A DNA stretch of 64,000 bases, taken from contig JAAZJO010000006.1 in NCBI GenBank assembly GCA_012800315.1, positions 10,172 through 74,171 of the forward strand, in the 5' to 3' direction. The stretch comes from Candidatus Falkowbacteria bacterium (GTDB taxonomy: Bacteria > Patescibacteriota > Patescibacteriia > Patescibacteriales > UBA12465). A model generated the notes under the pieces. It was not told where the DNA came from and did not search any database. It worked only from the letters and a program-made list of their open reading frames with translations. A program made the position numbers and the translations under genes. Position 1 is the first letter of the stretch. Every line of letters begins with the position of its first letter. Below, piece after piece: positions 27,298 to 35,574 of the stretch.

Positions 27298-27326
27298 AGA
27301 GCTAAATTAATTAGCTCTTTTTATTT
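27298..27326 (+). terminator. Terminator hairpin after rnhB (overlaps the typA stop codon)
   Basis: AGAGCTAA-attaa-TTAGCTCT, an 8-bp stem followed by TTTTATTTTT, located between convergent genes. Confidence 0.5.
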
Positions 27327-29108
27327 TTCTCTATTCTTGTTGCGTTCATTTTCAGTTAAAAACTTCTTGCGCAATCTAATACTCTGCGGAGTCACTTCTA
27401 AATATTCATCTTCATTGATAATACTTAAACCTCTTTCTAAAGTTAATTCCCAAGGTGGAGTTAAAATAATCGCTTCATCTGAACCAGAAGCGCGCATATT
27501 AGTTAATTTTTTCCCCTTAATCGGATTAACAACCATATCATTTCCCTTGGCAACATTGCCAATAACCATGCCTTCATAAACATTAGTGTTTGGTGAAATA
27601 TATAAAACACCCCGTTCCTGTAGATTCCATAAAGAAAAAGCCAAAGCCTTGCCAGTGGCCATAGAAATCATTGAGCCCAACTTAGTTCTTTCAACATCTC
27701 CAGCCCAAGGTTTAAAACCAAGAAACCGAGAACACAAAATTCCTTCACCCCGTGTATCAACCACAAATTCATCACGATAACCTAAAAGACCACGAGTCGG
27801 AATTAAAAAATTAATAACTGTCTGTCCATTATTATTTTTTAAATCAAGCATCTGTCCTTTGCGCTGAGAAATTTTATCAATCACTATGCCAGTACAATTA
27901 TCCGGAATATCAACCGAAATTTCTTCGTACGGCTCTAGTTTAACTCCAGCCTCTTCCTTGGTGATTACTTGTGGCTGTGAAACTTGAACCTCATAACCTT
28001 CACGTCGCATATTTTCTAACAAAACAGCGATATGTAATTCACCACGACCATACACTTTATAAAAATTAACATCAGAAAAATCAATTCTCAAACCAACATT
28101 AACTTCCAATTCTTTTTCTAAACGCTCTCTCAATTGACGATTAGTGACAAATTTTCCTTCCCGACCAGCAAAAGGAGAATTATTAATTAAAAAATTTAAG
28201 CAAATAGTTGGTTCATCTATTAAAATTGCGGGCAAAGCGGCTTGCTCAGCTTTTTCTGAAATTGTTTCTCCAATATAAATATCAGACAAACCAGCAATCA
28301 AAATAATGTCACCCGCACTAGCCTCCGCAATTTCTTTACGACTAAGACCGCTAAAAGTAAATAATTTAGTAACTTTTTGTGTCCGAACCTGACCAGCTAA
28401 ATTTTTTATAAAAACACTTTGCCCAGCTTTAATTTTCCCCTGATAAATACGAGCCACCGCACAACGTCCTAAAAAATTATCATAAGCAAGATTAAATGGC
28501 TGAGCTGCTAAAGGCATAGTGATCATCTCTGGACTAGCTGCTGGTTTAATATACTGCAAAATTAAATCAAGTAAAGGATTGAGATTATCCATTAATTGAT
28601 CAGGCGCACTACCGGCATGACCCGCTTTAGCAATGGTATAAATGATTGGAAAATCAAGTTGTTCATCAGTCGCGCCTAAATCTAAAAATAATTCATAAAC
28701 CATTTCCGCTACAGCGGCCGGACGAGCTGCTGGTTTATCAACTTTATTAATAACCACTATTGGCTTTAAGCCTAACTCTAAGGATTTTTTCAAAACAAAT
28801 TTTGTTTGCGGCATCGGCCCTTCTTGAGCATCAACTACTAACAAAACCGAATCAATTGAACGTAAAACTCGCTCCACTTCTGAACTAAAATCAGCATGAC
28901 CGGGAGTGTCAACAATATTTATCTTTGTATCTTTATAAAAAAGACTGCAATTTTTTGCATAAATAGTAATACCTCTTTCCTGTTCAATTGAATCACTATC
29001 CATGCTAACACTCTCTTCAACTAAACCAGCTTGACGTAGAAGCGAATCTGTTAGAGTTGTCTTTCCATGATCAACATGAGCAATAATCGCAATATTTCTT
29101 ATTTCCAT
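27321..29108 (-). CDS. typA: Translational GTPase TypA/BipA
   Basis: IRNIAIIAHVDHGKTTL, DTPGHADF and NKVD G-motifs. 595 aa with an EF-G-like layout lacking domain IV. Confidence 0.92.
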   Translation of the reverse strand: MEIRNIAIIAHVDHGKTTLTDSLLRQAGLVEESVSMDSDSIEQERGITIYAKNCSLFYKDTKINIVDTPGHADFSSEVERVLRSIDSVLLVVDAQEGPMPQTKFVLKKSLELGLKPIVVINKVDKPAARPAAVAEMVYELFLDLGATDEQLDFPIIYTIAKAGHAGSAPDQLMDNLNPLLDLILQYIKPAASPEMITMPLAAQPFNLAYDNFLGRCAVARIYQGKIKAGQSVFIKNLAGQVRTQKVTKLFTFSGLSRKEIAEASAGDIILIAGLSDIYIGETISEKAEQAALPAILIDEPTICLNFLINNSPFAGREGKFVTNRQLRERLEKELEVNVGLRIDFSDVNFYKVYGRGELHIAVLLENMRREGYEVQVSQPQVITKEEAGVKLEPYEEISVDIPDNCTGIVIDKISQRKGQMLDLKNNNGQTVINFLIPTRGLLGYRDEFVVDTRGEGILCSRFLGFKPWAGDVERTKLGSMISMATGKALAFSLWNLQERGVLYISPNTNVYEGMVIGNVAKGNDMVVNPIKGKKLTNMRASGSDEAIILTPPWELTLERGLSIINEDEYLEVTPQSIRLRKKFLTENERNKNREK

Positions 29109-29117
29109 ATTTTTATT

Positions 29118-29153
29118 TTAGATAAAATAAAACGCGACCTCTCCGCGTCGCGT
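29118..29153 (-). terminator. Terminator-like hairpin downstream of hisS and 23 nt upstream of the typA ATG
   Basis: Minus strand: ACGCGAC-gcggagag-GTCGCGT followed by TTTATTTTATC. Confidence 0.5.
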
Positions 29154-29210
29154 CTGATTGCGTTTAGCGAACCAAAGACTTTTACATCCTACAAGATAAG
29201 CCAATAAATG

Positions 29211-30500
29211 TCAAATACTTTCTAACTTTTCTTCCCCACTAATCATGTCTTTTACTTTATAAACTCCCTGAGCTAGCTCATCCTCGCCAACAATAATAAC
29301 TTTAGTAATATTTTTTTTATTAGCAAACTCTAAAGCCTTCACAATTTTCTGCTCTTCTAAGCCAAGTAAAATATTTAAATTGCGACAACGCAATTTTTTT
29401 GCTAATTGATTAACTTGTTCTTTTAACTCAATATTTAATAAAGGCAAATAATATTTTTCCGGAACTTCCTGTTTAATTCTATCAATTAGACCCCAACTCT
29501 CTAGAAATAATTTAGTAGTTTCATCACCGGGTGCAAAACCAACCGCTGGAAAATTCTTCTCTCCAAAAATTTCCGCTAAACCATTATAGCGTCCACCACC
29601 AAACATAGCACGTCTATTTTCCGGATTTTTATCAAAAACTTCAAAAACCATACCGTCATAATAATCAAAACCCCGAATAACTGTTGGATTAAACTCCAAC
29701 CAATCTCCATAACCAAGATTTTCTAGCGCCTCAATAATTTTCTGCGTTTCAATTAGGCCCGCGTTATCTTTAAGCTCTGGAATATTTTTTAACAAATTAT
29801 CTAAGCCAATACTAATCATGAATTTTTCCAAAATTTTTACCGCCTCTTTATTTAAACCGGCTGAAAATAAACGCTCATTAATCTCTTCTAGACTAAGCTT
29901 ATTCCATTTATCTAAAGTCCGAACTACTGCTAAACGATTTTCCGAACTTAATTCATTAGCCCCACTTAGTTCTAAAATAGCCTCAATCAGTTTACGATTA
30001 TTAATCGCTAAGGAAAAAGAATTCTGCGGCGGATCAAATTCAAGCATTATGTCTAAAGCTAACTGCAAAATTTCTATATCAGCCGCTAAAGAATCACTAC
30101 CAAAAATATCACAATTCAATTGCCAAAATTCACGATTACGACCACGTTGTGGCTTCTCATTGCGCATAAAATTAGCAATGGAAAAATACTTTAACGGTTT
30201 TGCGCTTGAAGCATAAATCTTAGTAACCATTCTCGTAACTGATGGGGTCATTTCTGGTCTAATAGATAATTCTCGGCCGCCCATATCCATAAAAGTAAGC
30301 AACTCCTTATTAGCAATATCTTCACCAGATTTAGCCCGATAAATATCAGCACTTTCAACTAAAGGAGTTAAATATTCCTCAAACCCATAGCGCAAACAAA
30401 CCCGACGCCAAGTATCAAAAATGTATTTTCTCAATAAAAACTCCTCCGGAAACCAATCCCGAGTGCCTTTTGGTTCTTGATTTGATAAAACTTTATTCAT
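29211..30500 (-). CDS. hisS: Histidyl-tRNA synthetase
   Basis: PKGTRDWFPEE, class II motif 2 region (FRNEKPQRGRNREFWQ) and GGGRYNGL motif 3. Confidence 0.88.
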   Translation of the reverse strand: MNKVLSNQEPKGTRDWFPEEFLLRKYIFDTWRRVCLRYGFEEYLTPLVESADIYRAKSGEDIANKELLTFMDMGGRELSIRPEMTPSVTRMVTKIYASSAKPLKYFSIANFMRNEKPQRGRNREFWQLNCDIFGSDSLAADIEILQLALDIMLEFDPPQNSFSLAINNRKLIEAILELSGANELSSENRLAVVRTLDKWNKLSLEEINERLFSAGLNKEAVKILEKFMISIGLDNLLKNIPELKDNAGLIETQKIIEALENLGYGDWLEFNPTVIRGFDYYDGMVFEVFDKNPENRRAMFGGGRYNGLAEIFGEKNFPAVGFAPGDETTKLFLESWGLIDRIKQEVPEKYYLPLLNIELKEQVNQLAKKLRCRNLNILLGLEEQKIVKALEFANKKNITKVIIVGEDELAQGVYKVKDMISGEEKLESI

Positions 30501-30643
30501 ATAAATTAATCTTACTATGTCTTTTTAATTTTAGCAACTTAGCCAGTTTTCAACAATTTTTATCTTTCCTTTAAGCTATTTTTAGAAATTATTCATCCTC
30601 TTTTTATTATACTAAAGAGACTTAATAATTAATAAAAAAATCT

Positions 30644-31339
30644 ATGAAAATTCTTATTATTGATGATGAAATTAGTATTCTAGAATTCCTTAAACAAGGT
30701 CTAGAAGCAAAAATGTTTCAAGTAGAAACAGCTGAGGATGGTGAACGGGGCGCCTTTCTCGGGCGCACTGGTAATTATGATTTAATTATCCTTGACTATG
30801 TTTTGCCTAAAATGGATGGTTTTGAAGTCTTAAAAGAAATAAGAAATGAAAAGAGGCATATTCCCGTCATCATGCTAACTGTTAAGTCGGAATTAAACAT
30901 GAAAGAAAAAATGTTTGCTTTAGGAGTAGATGATTATCTCACTAAACCATTTTTATTTGATGAATTATTAATGCGTATTAATGCTATTTTAAAACGACCA
31001 GCCAAAATTGAAGGCGATCTCTTTAAAGTAGATAACCTCACGCTTAACACTAAAACAAGTATTGTTAAGCGAGGCGGTAAAGAAATTTATTTAACCCGAC
31101 GCGAATTTTTTCTCTTAGAATATTTATTACGTCATCGCGGCTTAATTGTTTCTCGGCAAGAAATTTTAGAACATGTTTGGGACTACAACGCTGATCCCTT
31201 TTCCAATTCCATTGAATCACATATTGCCAGCTTGCGACGCAAACTTAATAAAAATAAAAATCGCAATTTAATCCACACCTTCAACGGCCGCGGTTATAAA
31301 TTAGCCTTAAATAAACTAGACGATGGTTTTAAAAACTAA
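30644..31339 (+). CDS. OmpR-family response regulator (receiver plus winged-helix)
   Basis: MKILIIDDE...DLIILDYVLPKMDG (phospho-acceptor Asp), KP motif, and a C-terminal LTRREFFLLEYL...GRGYKL winged helix. No histidine kinase is adjacent. Confidence 0.88.
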   Translation: MKILIIDDEISILEFLKQGLEAKMFQVETAEDGERGAFLGRTGNYDLIILDYVLPKMDGFEVLKEIRNEKRHIPVIMLTVKSELNMKEKMFALGVDDYLTKPFLFDELLMRINAILKRPAKIEGDLFKVDNLTLNTKTSIVKRGGKEIYLTRREFFLLEYLLRHRGLIVSRQEILEHVWDYNADPFSNSIESHIASLRRKLNKNKNRNLIHTFNGRGYKLALNKLDDGFKN

Positions 31340-32508
31340 AGAAATTTTTTGCCCTTTAATTTAGCTGGTAAATATTCTTGATCACTATCATCTTCCAACG
31401 GCGTATATTTATAGTCTTTAGCGTAGCCTAATTCTTTCATTAACTTTGTTGGTGCATTTCGCAAATACAAAGGAACTGGCAAATTGCCAGAAGTAGCCAC
31501 CTCAGCCATGGCCTTTTCATAGCCCATGTAAACAGCGATGTTTTTAGCTGACTTAGCTAAATAAACAACACAGTGCGCTAAATTAACTCCACACTCTGGT
31601 AGACCAATATTTTTACAAGCATCATAAGCCGCGTTAGCTAACATCAGGGCACTATTATTAGCTAAACCAATATCTTCACTAGCAAAACGAATGAGACGAC
31701 GAGCAATATAAAGCGGATCTTCGCCAGCCGCTAACATGCGCGCTAAATAATAAATAGCCGCATCCGCATTTCCGCCACGCATGGATTTATGTAAAGCGGA
31801 AATAAGATTATAATGTTCTTCACCGCTTTTATCATAAAGCAAATTCGGCTTATTAATTATATCCTTAATTAATTTAACATCTATTTTCTCACCCACCTCA
31901 ATCGCGCTTTCTAAAATATTTAAAGCCTTACGCGCATCACCATTAGCTAACTTAGCAATTAAGCCAACAACTTCTGCTGATATTTTTACCTTTAACTCCT
32001 TAGCCGCTCGTTTCAGAATTAAACTTAAATCTTCCAGTGTTAAAGCCTCAAGAACAACTACTTTAACCCGAGAAAGTAAAGCGCCGTTAACAGCAAAGCT
32101 TGGGTTTTCCGTCGTAGCACCAATCAAAGTAATAGTTCCGTTCTCAACTTGTGGCAAAAGCGCATCTTGCTGCGCCTTATTCCAACGATGAATTTCATCA
32201 ATAAATAAAATAGTTTTAGAGCCTAGGCGTTTATTCTCCTTAGCCCGATCAATTATTATTTTTAAATTTTTTACTCCGCTAGAAGTAGCGCTTAATTCCC
32301 GAAACTCTGATTTCGTTTCTTTAGCAATAATAAAAGCTAGAGTCGTTTTCCCAGTACCCGGAGGACCCCATAATAAAAGGGATGGCACTTTGTCACTTTT
32401 TATCGCTTGATAAAGCCATCCATTTTTTTTAATTATTTTTTCCTGACCAACAAATTCCTCTAAACTTTTCGGACGAAAATAAGTGGCTAAAGGAATATCT
32501 TTAATCAT
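31336..32508 (-). CDS. rarA: Replication-associated recombination protein A (MgsA/RarA AAA+ ATPase)
   Basis: RPKSLEEFVGQE, GPPGTGKTT, FIDEIHRWNKAQQD and a C-terminal MgsA domain (HYNLISALHKSMRG). Confidence 0.9.
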   Translation of the reverse strand: MIKDIPLATYFRPKSLEEFVGQEKIIKKNGWLYQAIKSDKVPSLLLWGPPGTGKTTLAFIIAKETKSEFRELSATSSGVKNLKIIIDRAKENKRLGSKTILFIDEIHRWNKAQQDALLPQVENGTITLIGATTENPSFAVNGALLSRVKVVVLEALTLEDLSLILKRAAKELKVKISAEVVGLIAKLANGDARKALNILESAIEVGEKIDVKLIKDIINKPNLLYDKSGEEHYNLISALHKSMRGGNADAAIYYLARMLAAGEDPLYIARRLIRFASEDIGLANNSALMLANAAYDACKNIGLPECGVNLAHCVVYLAKSAKNIAVYMGYEKAMAEVATSGNLPVPLYLRNAPTKLMKELGYAKDYKYTPLEDDSDQEYLPAKLKGKKFL

Positions 32509-32541
32509 ATATTCAGCCTTAAAATGTTAATGATTAAATTG

Positions 32542-33039
32542 TTAAGCGTTTAAAACCCAAATAGCGTAATTTAAAACACCAGCATAAGCTACCCAAAGCA
32601 AATAAGGCGATAATAAATAGGCTGCCGCTTTATTAATTTTAGAGAAATAATAAATATTAACAATAATCATTAACCAAAGAGAAATCAAACCAAAAAAAGC
32701 CAAACCTGGCTCATGTGTAAAAAAGAAAAGAAAAGACCAATAAAGATTTAAAAGAAGTTGGGCGCCGAAACTTAAAACAGCAGCGCGAAAATATCTTTTA
32801 TCTTGACCTTTACTAAAACAATCTCTCAACACTAGAAAGAAAGCAAACGCCATTAAAATAAATAAAATTGTCCAAACCGGCGAAAAAAGATAGCTTGGCG
32901 GATTAAAAGATGGTTTATTAATCGTCGCATACCAACCACTAATATTGGGGATGACTAAAATAGTACCCAAATAAGCAATCAAGGAAACTACACTCAAAGA
33001 AAGTAAAAAGAATAAAAAATTTTTTAATTTTACATTCAT
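32542..33039 (-). CDS. tspO: TspO/MBR family tryptophan-rich sensory protein
   Basis: 5-TM protein with WYATINKPSFNPPSYLFSPVWTILFILM and a C-terminal YLLWVAYAGVLN. Confidence 0.85.
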   Translation of the reverse strand: MNVKLKNFLFFLLSLSVVSLIAYLGTILVIPNISGWYATINKPSFNPPSYLFSPVWTILFILMAFAFFLVLRDCFSKGQDKRYFRAAVLSFGAQLLLNLYWSFLFFFTHEPGLAFFGLISLWLMIIVNIYYFSKINKAAAYLLSPYLLWVAYAGVLNYAIWVLNA

Positions 33040-33075
33040 ATTATTTAAATCTAAAAATATTAATAACTATTTACT

Positions 33076-33171
33076 TTACTTCTCCTTTCTTTCTTCAATT
33101 GATAAGCCAATCAGCGCCACCGTCAAGGCAACTAAGAAAATTAAACCAATGGAAATTATTCTAGCTAACAT
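33076..33171 (-). CDS. Possible 31-aa single-TM micropeptide upstream of tspO
   Basis: ATG at 33169-71 translating to MLARIISIGLIFLVALTVALIGLSIEERKEK, with a stop at 33076-78. It is too short for the ORF track. The support is weak: one hydrophobic helix and the same orientation as tspO. Confidence 0.2.
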   Translation of the reverse strand: MLARIISIGLIFLVALTVALIGLSIEERKEK

Positions 33172-33240
33172 AAAATAGAAGATTAAACTAGCTATTTAAA
33201 TAATAACATTTTTAAAGAAAAAAGACGAACTAATAAATCC

Positions 33241-33269
33241 TTGTCCAAGTCATTTTTTATTGCTATTAT
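33241..33269 (+). promoter_or_regulatory. Candidate promoter for adk (TTGTCC-17-TATTAT)
   Basis: TTGTCC at 33241-46, a 17-nt spacer, and TATTAT at 33264-69. Confidence 0.4.
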
Positions 33270-33318
33270 AATATTTTGTTAGAAATTATATAAAAATTAT
33301 ATAAAAAATACGAAAATT

Positions 33319-33888
33319 ATGAAAAAAATCATCTCGCTATACGGTTTAGCAGCTGCCGGCAAAACAACTCAAGCCAATTTATTATGTAAAAAATATGGCT
33401 TTCAGCAATTTGGCATGGGTGAGACCTTGAGAGCAGAAATAGCTTCTGGATCTGAACTAGGGGCTGAAATTAAAAAAAGCGTTGATCAAGGTGTTTTGAT
33501 TCCTGATGAATTAATGGTCCAAGTTTTGAAAAAAATCGGACCAAGTATAAAAGAGACGGGCATAGTCTTTGACGGTTTCCCTCGCATTGTTCCACAAGCG
33601 GAAATGTTAGATAAAATAGTCAAAGAAAATGACCTAGAAGTTGACTTATTTATATTACTAAATATTAGTTTCGCAGAAGCTCAAAAAAGAATTAATAAGC
33701 GCGCTGCTGAAACTGGCCGAAGTGATGATCAAGATCCAGAAGTGGTTAACAATCGCTTAGAAGTTTTTCGCCGAGAATCAGAACCCTTAATCTCGTATTA
33801 TAAAGAAAGAGGAAAATTTATTGAAATTGATGGAGAAAAAACAATTGAAGAAGTTTTTAGCGAAATTGAAAAACAGCTGATTCGGTAA
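33319..33888 (+). CDS. adk: Adenylate kinase, short-LID type
   Basis: P-loop GLAAAGKTTQ, GETLRAEI...SELG, VFDGFPR, and a short LID region with no Cys4 zinc knuckle. Confidence 0.85.
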   Translation: MKKIISLYGLAAAGKTTQANLLCKKYGFQQFGMGETLRAEIASGSELGAEIKKSVDQGVLIPDELMVQVLKKIGPSIKETGIVFDGFPRIVPQAEMLDKIVKENDLEVDLFILLNISFAEAQKRINKRAAETGRSDDQDPEVVNNRLEVFRRESEPLISYYKERGKFIEIDGEKTIEEVFSEIEKQLIR

Positions 33889-34744
33889 ATTTTTTAATTA
33901 CTCTAGCTACTTCTGCTTCGTGTCCCCGAAATCCATGGAGGCTATTTTTAATTGTTTTTAACTGACCCTTTTTATTATCAATATTTTTCTCAAACCAAGC
34001 AGCAATTTCTTTAATTGGCCGATCGCGATATTCGTCTTCCCCTGCTAAAATAACTAAAAGCGGTTTTTTAACTCGCTGCAAAATTTTAGCTGGTTGATTA
34101 GAAGCATAAGTAAAAATTTCTTCAACACTATCTGCTGTATTTAAACTTAAAAATCGTTGAGCAGTAATTAAATCTGGCCAAATATTTTTAGGCATAAATT
34201 CCTGCCCCTGGCCCTCTCGCACCATTTTCCTAGCACAGCTAACCGCCTTAGCTAAAACTTTTTGATCAGTCCAGGCAGCAGTAATCGCATAATCACTCAT
34301 TGGCGCCAACAAAATTGCTCCCTTAACGGGTGTTTTTTGTTTTTTAGCTAAATAATATATACTTTTTTGGCAACCGGTTGAATAACCAAGTAGAAAAATA
34401 TTTTTCGCACCCAAAGATTTAGCCGACATAATGGCGCCCTCAATATCATCAACACAATCGGTAAAAACCTCATGCACCATGCCAAGTGACATAGTTTTAT
34501 AACCCTTCTTTCTGCTAGCGCATAGACGTTTAATCGGAGTGATAATTCCACTACCGCGATTATTAAAAGCTAACACCGCATTATTTTTATCAATAATTTT
34601 TTCAAAGAGATCAAGGTGGCTAAATAAACTACCAGCCAAACCATGAACATAGATAAAAATATTCTTAGCCTTCTTAGGACCAAAAACAAAACCATTGAGA
34701 ACAAATTTCTTGGGTGTAATTATTTTTTCTACTTTCCCTTCCAT
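33857..34744 (-). CDS. Alpha/beta hydrolase fold protein
   Basis: HGLAGS oxyanion region, nucleophile elbow GYSTGC (GxSxG) and a C-terminal His region (SLHGF). It overlaps the adk 3' end by 32 nt in convergent orientation. Confidence 0.7.
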   Translation of the reverse strand: MEGKVEKIITPKKFVLNGFVFGPKKAKNIFIYVHGLAGSLFSHLDLFEKIIDKNNAVLAFNNRGSGIITPIKRLCASRKKGYKTMSLGMVHEVFTDCVDDIEGAIMSAKSLGAKNIFLLGYSTGCQKSIYYLAKKQKTPVKGAILLAPMSDYAITAAWTDQKVLAKAVSCARKMVREGQGQEFMPKNIWPDLITAQRFLSLNTADSVEEIFTYASNQPAKILQRVKKPLLVILAGEDEYRDRPIKEIAAWFEKNIDNKKGQLKTIKNSLHGFRGHEAEVARVIKKFTESAVFQFR

Positions 34745-34754
34745 GTTTTTATAC

Positions 34755-34828
34755 TGGCACGGGCGGTAGGAATCGAACCCACGCTAAAGGTTTTGGAGAC
34801 CCTTGTACTGCCACTATACGACGCCCGC
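34755..34828 (-). tRNA. tRNA-Trp (anticodon CCA), CCA encoded
   Basis: GCGGGCG/CGCCCGT acceptor (G1-U72 wobble, discriminator G73), AGGGT-CTCCAAA-ACCTT anticodon arm, and GTGGG-TTCGATT-CCTAC T arm. Confidence 0.9.
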
Positions 34829-34829
34829 A

Positions 34830-34855
34830 AAAATACTCCGCTAAGGGAGTATTTT
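34830..34855. terminator. Hairpin between desulforedoxin and tRNA-Trp (terminator-like or processing structure)
   Basis: AAAATACTCC-gctaag-GGAGTATTTT, a perfect 10-bp stem ending 1 nt from the tRNA-Trp 5' end. Confidence 0.45.
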
Positions 34856-34878
34856 GCTCATCTTAATTAATAAATAAC

Positions 34879-35016
34879 CTAATTTGCCTCCTCTTTGGCC
34901 TGCTTCTCTTGCATTGGCTGCCCGCAACAAAAAAGTTGTCCGCCACCATCTTTTTCAAATTTCACTTCATTTTTGCAAATTTCGCAAAAATAAATTTTTC
35001 CAACTCTATTTTCCAT
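34879..35016 (-). CDS. Desulforedoxin-like small Fe(Cys)4 protein (45 aa)
   Basis: MENRVGKIYFCEICKNEVKFEKDGGGQLFCCGQPM shows the CxxC...CC desulforedoxin pattern. I placed the start at ATG 35014-16. The longer ORF-track N-terminus overlaps rbr. Confidence 0.75.
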   Translation of the reverse strand: MENRVGKIYFCEICKNEVKFEKDGGGQLFCCGQPMQEKQAKEEAN

Positions 35017-35032
35017 ATTTTTATTTTTTAAT

Positions 35033-35563
35033 TTAATATGTTTCTTCAAAAATTTCAAAATATCCTTGTGGGTGACTGCAAGCTGGGCAAGTTTGTGGTG
35101 CCTCCTCACCCTCGTGAATATAGCCACAATTCAAGCATTTCCAGCGACGAGGGCTAACTTTCTTAAAGACTTCACCCTTCTCTATATTTTCTAATAACTT
35201 CTTATATCTAATTTCATGTGCTTCTTCAACTTCGCCCACCTCCTTGAACAAGTGAGCGATTTCTGGGTGTCCCTCTTCTAAAGCCTCCTTTTCCATACGT
35301 GGGTACATCTCTTCATTTTCATAACGTTCTCCCTCAATAGCTGCTTTTAAGCTCTCTGTTAATTCAGCTGGGATAAGGCCTAATTGCTTAGCCCAAAGCT
35401 TAGCATGTTCTTTTTCATTATTCGCTGTTTCTTCAAAAATATTAGCAATCTGAACATAGCCCGCTTTTCTAAAAGCCGAGGCAAAATAGGAATATTTATT
35501 GCGCGCCATTGATTCGCCAGCAAAAGCTTCCTCCAAATTCTTTTTTGTTTTTGGTCCTAACAT
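35033..35563 (-). CDS. rbr: Rubrerythrin
   Basis: N-terminal diiron four-helix motifs (EAFAGESMARNKY, EKEH, EGERYE, EEAH) plus a C-terminal rubredoxin-like CLNCGY...CPACSHP. Confidence 0.9.
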   Translation of the reverse strand: MLGPKTKKNLEEAFAGESMARNKYSYFASAFRKAGYVQIANIFEETANNEKEHAKLWAKQLGLIPAELTESLKAAIEGERYENEEMYPRMEKEALEEGHPEIAHLFKEVGEVEEAHEIRYKKLLENIEKGEVFKKVSPRRWKCLNCGYIHEGEEAPQTCPACSHPQGYFEIFEETY

Positions 35564-35574
35564 AAGTTTTAAAA

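Noticed and set aside
33283-33310. A tandem AT-rich direct repeat (aattatataaaa x2) upstream of adk.
   Set aside because: It is two short copies in a very AT-rich leader. This is indistinguishable from low-complexity background.
33319-33888. The adenylate kinase has an unusual P-loop (GLAAAGKTT instead of GxPGxGKGT) and a short LID.
   Set aside because: The Lys/Thr of Walker A and the other Adk motifs are intact. Short-LID adenylate kinases are well known, so this is probably ordinary divergence.
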